From: Candidatus Bathyarchaeota archaeon
GTDB lineage: Archaea > Thermoproteota > Bathyarchaeia > RBG-16-48-13 > JAGTRE01
Assembly (NCBI GenBank): GCA_018396415.1
Contig: JAGTRE010000002.1
Span: 96,824-160,823 of the forward strand
Direction of reading: 5' to 3'
Length of the DNA: 64,000 nt
Shown: piece by piece, positions 19,665 to 31,300 of the stretch
Layout: each line of letters starts with the position of its first letter
Numbering within the stretch: position 1 is the stretch's first letter
Position numbers and translations under genes: made by a program
Notes under the pieces: model-generated
The model's database searches: none
What the model was told of the DNA's origin: nothing
The model's input: only the letters and a program-made list of their open reading frames with translations

Positions 19665-20805
19665 GCACGTACACGAAGTGCCCAGTTCCGCCTACATTAT
19701 GGCTCACAGCAACTTCAGCACCTGCCACCTGTCGCAAGCCCGCCTCTCCGCGAAGCTGCTTTGTTATTTCCACAGCCTGCGAAATACCCGTAGCCCCAAG
19801 CGGATGCCCCTTCGCTAACAAGCCCCCATCAACGTTAATGGGAATCTTACCGCCTATTTCACTTTGACCTTCTTCAATGAACCTACCACCCTTACCCTTT
19901 TCGCAGAAACCCAGATCCTCGTAAGCCATGATCTCAGCTATAGTGAAACAATCATGTACTTCAGCCAAGTCGACGTCTCCTACTTCAATTTTCGCCATCT
20001 TATATGCCTGCCTTGCAGCTATAACAGTGCTTCTTATGCTGGTAAAATCAGGCCGATCAAATACAGCCATTGAATCACTAGCACATCCTAAACCAACTAT
20101 GTAAACTGGTGTATCAGTAATCCGCTTTGCCTTTTCCTCCGAAGCTAAGAGTACAGCCGCTGCACCGTCTGATATTGGACAACAGTCATACAACTTCAGT
20201 GGATATGCAATTGGCTTTGACTTTAACACCTCTTCAACTGAAATCTCCTTTGGGAAATGTGCATAGGGATTCTTAGTTGCATTACGATGATTCTTAACGG
20301 ATACGAGGGCCAGTTGACTTTCTGTTGTCCCATACTCACGCATGTGAGCGACGGCATACATTGCATAGAAGCCGGGGAAAGTGGTTCCAAAGGGCTTAAA
20401 TTCCCATTGAACATCACCGCCCATCCCCATTATCTCAACCGCTCGAGCAGTTGGAACTTCAGTCATTTTCTCCACACCGCAAACTAAAACGAGATCATGC
20501 AAACCGGACGCTATTGCCATCCAACCAGTACGAAGGGCAGCCCCTCCTGTCGCGCATGCCGCCTCAACTCTAATGTTAGGCTTAGGATTCATTCCTACAT
20601 AGTCAGCTACAGGAGCTGCAGGAAGTAGTTGACCAGCAAATTCATCGCTTGCAATGCCGACAATTGAGGCCTCAACCTCATTCAAAGACACGTTAGCATC
20701 TTCAATCGCGCCTTTCACAGCTTCAAACGCTAGTTCTCTTAAAGAAGCATCTGAGCACTTCCCAAACCTTGTGTGACCAACACCGACAATTGCAACCCTT
20801 CGCAT
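19648..20805 (-). CDS. Thiolase (acetyl-CoA C-acetyltransferase, archaeal SCP-x-like type)
   Basis: VAIVGVGHTRFG N-terminus, active-site Cys region, C-terminal GGTG; 385 aa. Confidence 0.85.
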   Translation of the reverse strand: MRRVAIVGVGHTRFGKCSDASLRELAFEAVKGAIEDANVSLNEVEASIVGIASDEFAGQLLPAAPVADYVGMNPKPNIRVEAACATGGAALRTGWMAIASGLHDLVLVCGVEKMTEVPTARAVEIMGMGGDVQWEFKPFGTTFPGFYAMYAVAHMREYGTTESQLALVSVKNHRNATKNPYAHFPKEISVEEVLKSKPIAYPLKLYDCCPISDGAAAVLLASEEKAKRITDTPVYIVGLGCASDSMAVFDRPDFTSIRSTVIAARQAYKMAKIEVGDVDLAEVHDCFTIAEIMAYEDLGFCEKGKGGRFIEEGQSEIGGKIPINVDGGLLAKGHPLGATGISQAVEITKQLRGEAGLRQVAGAEVAVSHNVGGTGHFVYVHVYRR

Positions 20806-20894
20806 ATTAATTCCAACTTTTTAGCGTTTTAATAGAGAAAAGCCAATTAGATATATATGCCCTTCCCGCTCAACAAAAATTAGGATGTGGTAAA

Positions 20895-21755
20895 TTGATG
20901 ATCGTCAAAAATACTAGCGTGATAGGCGCAGGGACAATGGGACATGGAATCGCATTAGTTCTGGCACAAGCAGGCTTCAAAGTTACTTTAAGAGACATCA
21001 CCAATGAACTAGTTCAAACCGGACTAGAAAGGATTAGAAAAAACCTACAGAAGAGTGTAGAAAAGAAAATTATGACCCATACGCAGGCGAACGAGATAAT
21101 CTCCAGACTGAGGGGAACCACAGACTTAACCGAGGCGGTCAAGGATGCAGACTTCGTGATAGAAGCGGTAATTGAAAACATGGACCTGAAAAAGCAGGTC
21201 TTTAGGGAAGTCGATAAGGCCTGCCCTAAACACGCGATAATATCCTCAAACACCTCCTCACTCAGTATAACCGAAATTGCATCAGCCACAGAAAGGCCTG
21301 ATAAGGTAATTGGGACGCATTTTTTCAACCCGCCATGGATGATGAAACTGGTGGAAGTAGTACGAGGTGCAAAAACTTCAGAAGAAACTATTGATATCAC
21401 TAAAGAGCTGGTCACAAAGTTAGGCAAGACGCCGATAGTTGTAAACGATTCACCAGGCTTCGTCGCCAACAGAATTGGCATGCCAATGATCAACGAAGCG
21501 ATTTATACATTAATGGAAGGAGTGGCAAGCGCAGAAGACATAGATACAGCATTAAAACTCGGATATAACCATCCCATGGGACCATTAGAGTTAGCTGACC
21601 TAATTGGGCTAGATACCTTGCTTTCCGCAATGGAAACATTATACAGAGATTTCGGTGATCCCAAGTATAGGCCATGTCCACTCCTTAGGAAAATGGTGAG
21701 AGCAGGTCTACTAGGAAGAAAATCTGGGAAGGGGTTTTACAATTATACTAAATGA
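20895..21755 (+). CDS. 3-hydroxyacyl-CoA (3-hydroxybutyryl-CoA) dehydrogenase
   Basis: Rossmann [12 protein letters not shown], 286 aa, HBD family layout. Confidence 0.85.
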   Translation: MMIVKNTSVIGAGTMGHGIALVLAQAGFKVTLRDITNELVQTGLERIRKNLQKSVEKKIMTHTQANEIISRLRGTTDLTEAVKDADFVIEAVIENMDLKKQVFREVDKACPKHAIISSNTSSLSITEIASATERPDKVIGTHFFNPPWMMKLVEVVRGAKTSEETIDITKELVTKLGKTPIVVNDSPGFVANRIGMPMINEAIYTLMEGVASAEDIDTALKLGYNHPMGPLELADLIGLDTLLSAMETLYRDFGDPKYRPCPLLRKMVRAGLLGRKSGKGFYNYTK

Positions 21756-21774
21756 ATTGTTCGGGGCGTAAAAT

Positions 21775-22557
21775 ATGGAATTCAAAAACATCATTTTAGA
21801 AAAATCTGAGGGAATAGCAACACTGCGAATTAACCGACCAAAAGACTTGAACATTCTAACCATAGAAACACTCCTTGAAATTAAAGCTGCAGTCGAACAT
21901 CTTCGAAACGACTCCGGTCTAAGGGCACTAATCATCACAGGAAGTGGTGATCGGGTATTCTCTGCCGGCGCGGACATTAAAGAAATGAGTAAAATGAATG
22001 CAATAGAGGCGAGAGAGTATTCAGTGTTAGGCCATGAAATTTTTGCAAGTATAGCAAATTTAGAGGTGCCAGTCATCGCTGCCATTAATGGTCACGCAAT
22101 AGGAGGCGCATGTGAATTAGCATTGGCCTGTGACATTAGAGTAGCTTCTGAAAGCGCCAAAATTGGAATGCCTGAAACAGGAATAGGAATCACTCCAGGA
22201 TGGGGAGGAATGCAACGACTATCAAGATTAGTCGGGTTAGGCAAGGCAAAGGAGCTTGTATTTACCGGAGAGTTGATAGAGGCTAAGGAGGCTGAAAGAA
22301 TAGGTCTAGTTAACAAGGTTGTCCCACCCGATAAAGTGGAAGATGCGGCCAGAGAAATAGCAACCAAGATAGCATGCAAAGCTCCAATTGCAATTAAACT
22401 GGCTAAGGATGCGATCAATAGAGGCGCTGAGATGGATTTAGAGAAGGCTTTGGACTACGATTCCGAGGTGTTCGGAATATCTTGCTCAACTGAAGATCAA
22501 AAAGAAGGAATGAAGGCATTCTTGGAGAAAAGAAAGCCGGAGTTTAAAGGTAAATGA
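21775..22557 (+). CDS. Enoyl-CoA hydratase (crotonase)
   Basis: Crotonase fold motifs FSAGADIKEM, INGHAIGGACELALACD; 260 aa. Confidence 0.85.
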   Translation: MEFKNIILEKSEGIATLRINRPKDLNILTIETLLEIKAAVEHLRNDSGLRALIITGSGDRVFSAGADIKEMSKMNAIEAREYSVLGHEIFASIANLEVPVIAAINGHAIGGACELALACDIRVASESAKIGMPETGIGITPGWGGMQRLSRLVGLGKAKELVFTGELIEAKEAERIGLVNKVVPPDKVEDAAREIATKIACKAPIAIKLAKDAINRGAEMDLEKALDYDSEVFGISCSTEDQKEGMKAFLEKRKPEFKGK

Positions 22558-22574
22558 AAATGAGGTGGTGAAAT

Positions 22575-23198
22575 TTGAAAATAATAGGTATAAGTGGTAG
22601 TGCCTCAAAATCACCCTATAGAACAACGGAATTCCTCGTAAAGAAAGCCTTGGAAAGTGCTAGCGAGTGTGGTGCTGAAACTGAGTTTATCCGCCTATCT
22701 GATCTAAATATTCAACCTTGCGACGGCTGTAATATATGCTTAAAACAGAAAATATGCACCATAAAGGATGACATGCAAATGTTGTATGAAAAACTAATCA
22801 AATGCGATGGAATAATATTAGGCTCACCCTCTTATTTCGGCACGGTCAGCGGCCTAGTCAAGAATTTTATGGATCGTACACGCCCTCTGCGCGGTGGACT
22901 TGAATTGTCACTTGCAAATAAGGTCGGAGGCGCTATAGCAGTAGCAGGCTGGAGACATGGAGGACAAGAATTCGTTGCAGACACTATAATTAGGTTCTTC
23001 CTTACACATGGAATGATTGTAGTGGGAAACCTAACTGACACGGGTTACCTACAAAATACAGCTTACGGGGGTCTTGGAACATTGCAAGGAAAGCGGGCTA
23101 AGGAGTGGGACAAAATAACTGAAGATGAAGTTGGAATTAATAGTGCAATAGCTCTAGGGAAAAAAATAGTGGAAGTATTGAGGCTGATGCATAAGTAA
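22575..23198 (+). CDS. Iron-sulfur flavoprotein-like NADPH-dependent FMN reductase
   Basis: Flavodoxin-like N-terminus KIIGISGS and compact CDGCNICLKQKIC (Cx2Cx2Cx5C) Isf-type cluster motif; 207 aa. Confidence 0.55.
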   Translation: MKIIGISGSASKSPYRTTEFLVKKALESASECGAETEFIRLSDLNIQPCDGCNICLKQKICTIKDDMQMLYEKLIKCDGIILGSPSYFGTVSGLVKNFMDRTRPLRGGLELSLANKVGGAIAVAGWRHGGQEFVADTIIRFFLTHGMIVVGNLTDTGYLQNTAYGGLGTLQGKRAKEWDKITEDEVGINSAIALGKKIVEVLRLMHK

Positions 23199-23217
23199 TG
23201 TAATAATAGTTATTCGG

Positions 23218-24693
23218 CTACCTGTTTTCAGGTATTCCTGCGAGAATTTTTGCTAATTTCTTTTTGGCTTCTATGTTAGCTTGACGAGCGATCATAATTT
23301 TCTGCGCTTGAGGAGAACCTGCGCCGTGCATATCCTCTAGCAACCCTGTACCCATAGTCATATTTTCTATTAATCTAACGATACGCATCCTGTGTTCTGT
23401 GGGCACATCGGCCTTTCCTTTCAGATATTTCTCTACATATTTTCCCACGTCAGGACTTCGAAGATCGCGTTCTGAAGGCATTGTTCCAATTATACCACCA
23501 GTCAAATCTATTGCCAACCTAGCCATTTCAAATGGGAATCGAGTTACATTGAGTTTGGTAATGTTAGCGAGAAGTGGGTTAATGAAATAGGTCCCTGAGG
23601 GGAGCTTATACCCCTCGTAAGAGCAGGCTAAACTACCAGCATACAATGTTTCATTCAAGTGAATCATTTCAATTATTTTATCCCTTACGTGAAATGCATT
23701 TTCTACTCCATTATACTCGGCTATTGTCGCGGCAGCACCAATTAAAACGTCTCCAAGACCTACCTTGCACCCCCCATAGTTCTGCCTATGGTAACCCGCA
23801 AACCTTTCAACCAATTGCCCCGAGTATTCGTATTCCCCGCACATGAAAACCCTCTCCCATGGTACAAAAACTTCATCGAAGATGATTAAAGCTTCATGTC
23901 CAGCCACACCATAAGTGGCATTACCAACGTCCATCGTTAAGTCTTCGAGCTTTCGCGTATCATTTATCTGCCTTCCAATTATGTGGGTTATGCCTTCTGC
24001 ATCAGTGGGAATGGCAAATGAAACTGCGTAATCTTTGTCCTCCGAAGTCATCGACAATGTGGGCATAACAATGATCTCATGAGAGTTTATGGCGCCGGTT
24101 TGATGGGCTTTTGCACCCTTAACAACGATTCCATCCTCCCTTCGTTCAACAACATGCACAAATAGATCGGGATCAGCCTGCTGACTTGGCCTTAACCCCC
24201 TATTTCCTTTAACGTCAGTCATCCCCCCAACGCAGACCAAATCATTTTCTTGAACATACTTGAGAAAGGCATTAAAACGAGCATAATACTCAGTCCCGAG
24301 TTTCTGATCCATCTCATAGGTTACGCTTGAAAGCGCAAGCAAAGCATCTAAGCCAACGCACCGTTGGAAGCAACACCCTGTCTTCTGTCCTAGCAAACGT
24401 AGCATCTTCACCTTCTTAACCAGGTCTTCAGCACTCTGCGCAATATGGGTAAACCTGTTGATCTTCTTCCCTGTTAGATGCGATGTAGCTGTCATCAAAT
24501 CTGTGTATTCCGGATCGTGTGCTAAATCGTAGGTTAACTTAACAGCGTTTTGTGAGGGTTTAATAAATGGAAAGTCAACTGGGTTTTTGATTTTCTCTCC
24601 AAACATGTAAACATTCAAGTGAAGCTTCCTAAGGCTATCGATGTATTCTGACCCGGTTTTCAATTCACCTAACCTCCAAATCCAATTAACCAA
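23218..24693 (-). CDS. 4-hydroxybutyryl-CoA dehydratase / vinylacetyl-CoA isomerase-like enzyme (HpaB-family fold)
   Basis: 491 aa (AbfD is about 490); TGCCFQRCVG Cys pair matching the AbfD [4Fe-4S] CxxxC ligands; adjacent to crotonase, HBD and thiolase. Confidence 0.6.
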   Translation of the reverse strand: MVNWIWRLGELKTGSEYIDSLRKLHLNVYMFGEKIKNPVDFPFIKPSQNAVKLTYDLAHDPEYTDLMTATSHLTGKKINRFTHIAQSAEDLVKKVKMLRLLGQKTGCCFQRCVGLDALLALSSVTYEMDQKLGTEYYARFNAFLKYVQENDLVCVGGMTDVKGNRGLRPSQQADPDLFVHVVERREDGIVVKGAKAHQTGAINSHEIIVMPTLSMTSEDKDYAVSFAIPTDAEGITHIIGRQINDTRKLEDLTMDVGNATYGVAGHEALIIFDEVFVPWERVFMCGEYEYSGQLVERFAGYHRQNYGGCKVGLGDVLIGAAATIAEYNGVENAFHVRDKIIEMIHLNETLYAGSLACSYEGYKLPSGTYFINPLLANITKLNVTRFPFEMARLAIDLTGGIIGTMPSERDLRSPDVGKYVEKYLKGKADVPTEHRMRIVRLIENMTMGTGLLEDMHGAGSPQAQKIMIARQANIEAKKKLAKILAGIPENR

Positions 24694-24820
24694 CGGTAAT
24701 TAAACTTGAGTACTAAAATGATATGCAATTTAAAATTATTGTAACTGTGCAAAAGATAAAAGGTAAAGGAAGAGCCAGATATAGTTCTACCAAATTTTCA
24801 CTATTAAGGGGAGAGCACGG

Positions 24821-25882
24821 TTGAGTTTTGAAAGTGTAAAATTTGGAATTTGCCCAAATCTCTATCCACTAGAATTAATCTATGAGGTGGCAGAATTCGC
24901 TGAGAAAATCGGATTAGATTCGGTAATGATGGGTGATCACCTAGTTGCCATAGGAATTAAAAGGCGAGAAGCACTAGAAGCATGGACTACATTAGCAGCA
25001 ATAGCGTCTAGAACGCACCGTATAAAATTGGGAACATGCGTTACGGATCCCCATAGACGCCACCCTGCAGTATTAGCTCAAACTGTAGCCACATTAGATA
25101 TAATTTCTAGTGGACGTGTCATCTTTGCGATTGGCCCAGGGGAAGCTATGAATTTGGATCCATATGGGATCCCATGGAATAAACCAGTCTCAAGAATGCG
25201 CGAAACAATCGAGATACTTAAAAAACTTTGGGTTGAGCAGTCAGTCAATTACACTGGAGAATTCTTTAAGCTTCAGGAAGCAACCCTTGAACCAAAACCT
25301 ATTCAAAAGCCTCATCCGCCAATTTGGATTGCCGGAATATCACCTAGAACGATGAAATTGACGGCTGAAATTGCAGATGGCTGGTTTCCGCTGCTCATAA
25401 CACCCGAACAATATAGAGCAGGATTAAACAACATTCGCCAGTTGGCAGAGCAAGTTGGAAGAAAGAGCGAAGACCTAGAACCAGCACTTTTTCTTTACAC
25501 GGTCGTGGCTGAAGACCGTGAAAAAGCACGCCAACTTATTGAGGTTCCCGCAAAAATGTTGCTAACCTTATTTCCCAAGAATCTGGCGAAGTTGGGCTAC
25601 AGTGCTCCGAAAGAGCTTAATGCCTCTAGTTTTATCGTTAAACCTGAAACAGTTAAAACGGTATTAGAAAAATCAACTACAATCCCATCTGAAGCTATTA
25701 AACAATTTTTCGTTTTCGGATTGCCTGATGATTGCATAGCAGGACTTGAAAAATACATAAAAGCGGGAGTCAGGTATTTTGCCTTGGCGCTACTGACGCC
25801 CCCACCGTTAACCATGGCGACGTTCAAGCTCTACGTAGAAAAGGTATTGCCATATTTTAGGGAGGACATACAGAGTAAATAG
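24821..25882 (+). CDS. Luciferase-like monooxygenase family, F420-dependent oxidoreductase type
   Basis: KFGI start, TIM-barrel LLM motifs; 353 aa. Confidence 0.7.
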   Translation: MSFESVKFGICPNLYPLELIYEVAEFAEKIGLDSVMMGDHLVAIGIKRREALEAWTTLAAIASRTHRIKLGTCVTDPHRRHPAVLAQTVATLDIISSGRVIFAIGPGEAMNLDPYGIPWNKPVSRMRETIEILKKLWVEQSVNYTGEFFKLQEATLEPKPIQKPHPPIWIAGISPRTMKLTAEIADGWFPLLITPEQYRAGLNNIRQLAEQVGRKSEDLEPALFLYTVVAEDREKARQLIEVPAKMLLTLFPKNLAKLGYSAPKELNASSFIVKPETVKTVLEKSTTIPSEAIKQFFVFGLPDDCIAGLEKYIKAGVRYFALALLTPPPLTMATFKLYVEKVLPYFREDIQSK

Positions 25883-25894
25883 AGTAAAACAAAA

Positions 25895-26338
25895 TCACCG
25901 AACCGGTTTTTCTTTCTTCCCAAGTATGAGAGAACGAAGAGCCACCCCGTTAACTGCGATTACCTGGTAGCGAACCCCGGGCAAGTCTCCGAATGCTCTT
26001 CCCCTAGGTCCTCCGATTCCAGTTATTAATACCTCGTCATGTTCATCAACAAAATTAAGAGCACCGTCACCAGGCAGAAAAGCAGTAACTTGTTTACCAT
26101 TCTTGATTAATTGTACCCTTACACATTTGCGCACAGCCGAGTTTGGCTGTCGACTTTCCACACCGACCTTTTCAAGAACTATCCCACGAGCCATTGGGGC
26201 GCCTTCAAGAGGATCTGCCTTGACATCCAACCCAAGCATTCGCCGCTTGAAATAGCGATATTTCCAGCGAAAGTGCTTTCGCTTCTTAATTAATTTTCTA
26301 GCCGCAAATTCCCCTTTTGGCGACTTTGTTCCAGTCAT
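25895..26338 (-). CDS. rps12: 30S ribosomal protein S12 (uS12)
   Basis: [28 protein letters not shown] is the canonical uS12 core; 147 aa. Confidence 0.9.
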   Translation of the reverse strand: MTGTKSPKGEFAARKLIKKRKHFRWKYRYFKRRMLGLDVKADPLEGAPMARGIVLEKVGVESRQPNSAVRKCVRVQLIKNGKQVTAFLPGDGALNFVDEHDEVLITGIGGPRGRAFGDLPGVRYQVIAVNGVALRSLILGKKEKPVR

Positions 26339-26653
26339 TATGACACCTAATCAAACCGGTGTATGTAGGTTAGAAGTGGTTTATTTATGGTTTTTGTTAA
26401 CGAAGTCTCCACTCTAAGTACTTATTTGGCTAACAGTAGCAATCTAAAAGAAAAATCTACAAACATTTTGTATCGTTTGTATTTTTAAAGAAAAACGCAA
26501 GATATCGCGCCGAAAGATTACTGTGCATAATGCTAAATGAGAGAGCTTGCACGCCATTGGTTGCGTCAGTTCGATAGTAAAGCATCAAACCGACCTTGTA
26601 GGCTCATTGGATAAAACCATTTTTATTGAAAATTACCCATTGTTATAGATGGT

Positions 26654-27304
26654 ATGGCACTAAAATTATTGAGAAGAAAAGATGTTCGGCTCGCAGCGTG
26701 TTCTCTAGGTTTAATACTCTTAGCCGCTGGAGTGCTCATACCGCTTCAAACGCCAGTGACAGAGTCAAATACGATTATTGAGTACTCGTTTGTGCTTCGT
26801 GGCAGATGGTGGAAAGCATTTCCAGTTGATATTAATGTTGCCGGAAAGACGACTTATAAATTAACTGTAACATTTTCCTCGGATAATATAATTACAGCAG
26901 CAATTATAACCGATTCAACAATGTACACTATAACACATGATGTCCGCGCCTCAATCGTGTGTGAAGCATGGCTACCAAGTTCTAAAGGTGGTTCCTTTGA
27001 TTATGCCCCTAAACAATCTGGACGATACTGGATTTTCTTTGGCAATGTCCAACCCAGACAGGAATTGACTATTTCGCCGCCACGATTTGGACCCGGCTGG
27101 ATTGACCAAGTGAGTCAGATCATGTTCACCGTAAATGAAACATACACAATTTTGAGAAACATGATTAACTGGCCTCTGATGTGCGTCGGGATCCTAAGCC
27201 TATTGGTAAGTCTTGTAGGCTTTTTATCAAAGAGGAAAGTGGTTGAGCCCATAAAACCCCTCTATATTTGTGGTGAAAATCCAATGCTTACAAAAGCTCG
27301 TTGA
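26654..27304 (+). CDS. Hypothetical secreted/membrane-anchored protein (N-terminal and C-terminal hydrophobic segments)
   Basis: ORF with signal-anchor-like N-terminus and C-terminal helix; inserted between nusA and rps12. Confidence 0.35.
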   Translation: MALKLLRRKDVRLAACSLGLILLAAGVLIPLQTPVTESNTIIEYSFVLRGRWWKAFPVDINVAGKTTYKLTVTFSSDNIITAAIITDSTMYTITHDVRASIVCEAWLPSSKGGSFDYAPKQSGRYWIFFGNVQPRQELTISPPRFGPGWIDQVSQIMFTVNETYTILRNMINWPLMCVGILSLLVSLVGFLSKRKVVEPIKPLYICGENPMLTKAR

Positions 27305-27547
27305 TAGTCTGATGACTATACAAATATAAAGGCAACCAAAACAGGGGTTACTCATAGGATAACGCTTCGCCGCTTAAAAATTAATTGCGTTAGATATGGA
27401 TAAAGGGCATTACTACAAGCATTCAGACGTAAAAGCGCATTTCACCTGGTTTCCGGCACTACTAAAAACTCGTTGCCTCAAATTACTGTACAAAACATTT
27501 CCTCGTGAACATGATCTGTCTCCCTAGATTTTCTAGGGTAAATAAGC

Positions 27548-27997
27548 TTACGTTATCACAACGTTGTCAATTTGGAAATATCGTTTAACAAGGAATCTGG
27601 TTCGCTCAGCAGTTTTTCCGTTTTTGCCGATGGCTACTCCTTTGTCTCTTGGTTCGACTATAACAACGGCGATCCGACGCCCATCTGGCCGATCAAGAAT
27701 TTGAATTTCCTTAACACGTGCAGGGGCCAAGCTGTTCTTAATGAATTCCGATGGAACATCAGCGTATTCAACGACTTCAATGTCACGCCCGGTCATTCGG
27801 CGGAGAAATTTAATATTTGCCCCACCTTTTCCAATGGCGAATCCGATGTCCCCGGGTTTTACGGTAAAGATCACGCGGTTCGACTTCTCGTCAATAATAC
27901 AATCCTTGGCAGTAGCTCCAGTGACACTTTCGAAAAGCGAGATGTATCGAATTTCGTCGCCAGTTAGCCTAATCTTGGACATCGCTTTCCTCCACAA
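27548..27997 (-). CDS. nusA: Archaeal NusA-like transcription factor (tandem KH domains)
   Basis: GFAIGKGGANIKFL and GVAIGKNGKTAE KH GxxG motifs; about 143 aa; true start likely the second Met (MSKIRL). Confidence 0.8.
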   Translation of the reverse strand: MWRKAMSKIRLTGDEIRYISLFESVTGATAKDCIIDEKSNRVIFTVKPGDIGFAIGKGGANIKFLRRMTGRDIEVVEYADVPSEFIKNSLAPARVKEIQILDRPDGRRIAVVIVEPRDKGVAIGKNGKTAERTRFLVKRYFQIDNVVIT

Positions 27998-28310
27998 GTT
28001 TTAAAATTTCAGAGTCACCCGGCTCGCGAATAGCCATTGCAGCAACCGTGAATACTTTACCGCAGGCTTCACCTAGATCAATGGAATTACCTTGGTAGAT
28101 GTAAACCGGAGTTTTAGATAGGCGAGCATAATACTCTATGTCCCCACGGATGGAAGGGGGACAGTTGGAAGCTAAAATAACGAGTTTCGCTTTTCCTATT
28201 CGCACCGCATCTATCGTCCGTTTTGAGCCAAGTATGACTTTTCCTGTTTGCACAGCTGTAATGATAGCTTTGTTTACGTCAATCACGTGATTGACCCCGT
28301 TAATTGGCAT
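27969..28310 (-). CDS. rpl30e: 50S ribosomal protein L30e
   Basis: GKVILGSKRTIDAVRIGKAKLVILASNCPP...VYIYQGNSIDLGEACGK matches L30e; 113 aa. Confidence 0.85.
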   Translation of the reverse strand: MPINGVNHVIDVNKAIITAVQTGKVILGSKRTIDAVRIGKAKLVILASNCPPSIRGDIEYYARLSKTPVYIYQGNSIDLGEACGKVFTVAAMAIREPGDSEILKLVEESDVQD

Positions 28311-28370
28311 TTAAAGGTTGGTAAACTATCCTTTAAGATTATTTGACGTTAGCTTAAATGTGAAATTAAA

Positions 28371-31300
28371 TTAAGAGCTAACTGGAGGTTTTGATAATTT
28401 TTCCTCGGTTTTTCCTTCGATTTTTTGAGGGGGAGACATATAAATGTCTATTGCCCCTGTTCCAACCGGCACCATTTGCCCGACTATAATGTTCTCGGCA
28501 ACACCTTTCAGCGGATCCGTCGCCCCTTCAGCAGCGGCTTGAATGAGATTTGGAACAGTAATTTCAAAGGCAGCCTTAGCCAGAACACTTGCCTTTTCAC
28601 CGCTCACTCCGTGTCGACCAATTTGCCGAACCTCTCCGGTACAAGTCATTGCATCGGCAACAAGCATCACATGCCGAATATCTACGTCAAGCCCTTGTTC
28701 TTCTAAAACGCTTAAAGCTTCTTTAATAATGGCATTGCGAGCGGCTTCGATTCCGAGAGTTTCAGCAATTTCGTGAATATGGTTAGTAGTTGTTCGAGTT
28801 GGGTCTACGCCTGGAACTTTGAGGACCCGCTGAAGGTTTGACCCGTCTGTATGGATTACCCACTCGCCATGTTCTTCGGTAACAAGCACCCTATGGATTC
28901 CCGGTATTCCTTTAACGTGAATTGCTGAGATTTTGTCACTAAGTTTACGAATATCGATGGCTACTATCTCTTTTGGTGTAATTGTGATTGTATCGCGTTC
29001 AATTTGAACATCACAATTTGGAATATGAAGAATGGCTCGAAGATCGTTAACAGCAACGCCGCGATCCCTCATCATAGCTCGATCCAGCATGACAACAACA
29101 GCCCCTAACTTCGGGTCAATATATATGGATTGGGCAAGGTCTTCCAAAGTAGTGAAGATAATTTGCTGGGCTACCTCCGTGGCTTTCTCCCGGCTTACCC
29201 TATGTTTTTTGTCTAGGTAGATATTCATAATCGGAGTTGAAGGAGTTCGTCGCGCATCGACAATTTCGATGAGACGTGGAAGACCAAGAGTGACATCCCT
29301 CTCTTTAACTCCAGCGTAGTGAAATGTCCTTAAGGTCATTTGTGTACCAGGCTCTCCAATTGATTGCGCTGCAATAATTCCAACAGCTTCGCCGGGTTCA
29401 ACGAGGGCGCGCTTATAATTCTCTACAGCCAACGAAAGAACGGTATCAACCGCTTCCCTATTTAACTTCGCACTGAGTATAGTTTTGCGTAACTCTTTCA
29501 CTAATAATGGAGTTAATTGATCAGCAATTTCGTTTAATCGCTTTTCTACGTATTCTGCAGATGCAGCTCTTCCACCTTCCATGGAAATTCGTATTCGCTC
29601 AACGAGACGGTCAACGTTTACCGCCTTTCCATGATCACTCTTCGCTGGATCGACACCGTCTTCTCCGTAGCGGAATTGGATAATATCACCCCTTGAGTCC
29701 CTGACGGTCCCATCATACTCAACACGTAGATACTCTAAGGCATTAATTAATCGTCTTTGCATGTATCCGCTTTGTTGAGTGCGTACTGCGGTATCAACGA
29801 GTCCTTCACGCCCGCCCATAGCATGGAAAAAGAATTCAATAGGATTCAGCCCATCTCGGTAAGATGAAACTACGAAACCCCTCGCCCCCGGGCTGGGATC
29901 CCCAACAGGGAAATGCGATAACGCTCTATCACGATATCCTCGAATAATTCTTTTTCCACGTACAGATTGTTGCCCAACGCAGGCAGTCATTTGGCTGATA
30001 TTCAAGGTTGACCCTCGAGCTCCGGTCCGAGTCATTATAATTCCCTGATTGTCCATTCCGAAAAAGGAGTCAGCAGCTTCCCCTGCCTTATCCCGAGCAT
30101 TTGCCAACTCATTCATGATATAAATTTCTAGCGACTCTTCAATGGTTTGACCTGGAAGACGTGGAAGAGTTCCTTTTCGATAAGCTTCAATTAATCCCTG
30201 AACACGCTCTTGCGTAGCTTGAATAACACGGTTTATTTTATGCTGCGTTTCTTTGGAAAGGTCGAGTTCATCAAGGCTATACGTGAAGCCACGCATCGAC
30301 ATGAACGCGTTTACAAGTTTGCAGATTGACCTGAGAAACGATTGACCTGCACTGGTCCCATAATCCTTGACAATTCGATGGTATAGGCTTTCAGATCTCT
30401 CTGCCCCAATAGAATTTTTGTCAATTACTCCACATTCGAGTATTCCATCTCTGATAACGACATACGCATCATATGGACACTTCTCTTTTAGACAGTTAGC
30501 ACATTGTCGGCAGGTATTCGCTTTGAGGACATAATTGAAACCCTTTGGCAGGAAAAGACTGAAAACCTGTTTTCCAGTCCAACGTGGCGAGGGTTTCTTT
30601 ATAAATGGCTTGGGCAGTTGACCCTCGTAGCCCGCGGCTGTAACAAGCCTAGAAACCTCATCCTTCGTGAGGAGAGTCGTATTGTTAGTAAGTAAATATG
30701 CAGCGGTGATAAAATCTCTGATCGCTCCGATGATTGGTCCCCCATATCTTGGAGAGAGGATTTGATCTTGAACTTGCATCAAGAGGCGGGCTTCAGCCTG
30801 TGCTTCCTCGCTTTGGGGAATATGAAGGTTCATCTCATCCCCATCAAAATCTGCGTTATAAGGCGGGCAGACACAGAGATGAAGTCTAAAAGTCTTGTAG
30901 GGAAGAACTTTAACATAGTGAGCCATGATTGACATTCGATGCAAAGATGGCTGTCGATTAAAAATCGCAATATCTCCATCCCGAAGATGCCGTTCAACGA
31001 TAAAGCCTGGTTGAAGAGATTCTGCGACTTTTTCCCTTTCTGCAACAAATTCAAGACGAATTCGCTTCCCATCTGGTCGAACTACATATAAAGCTCCCGG
31101 ATAGTTTTGAGGGCCGGCGATAACTAGTTGCTTCATCTGGTCTAAATTCCATTGAGTAACTTTCTCGGGCACTGTCAAACGCATTGCAACGTCAATTGGG
31201 ACGCCGACCTCGTTTATATCGAGGTTCGGGTCAGGAGAAATCACTGTTCTAGCGGAGAAATCAACTCTCTTCCCTGATAAATTACTCCGAAATCTACCTT

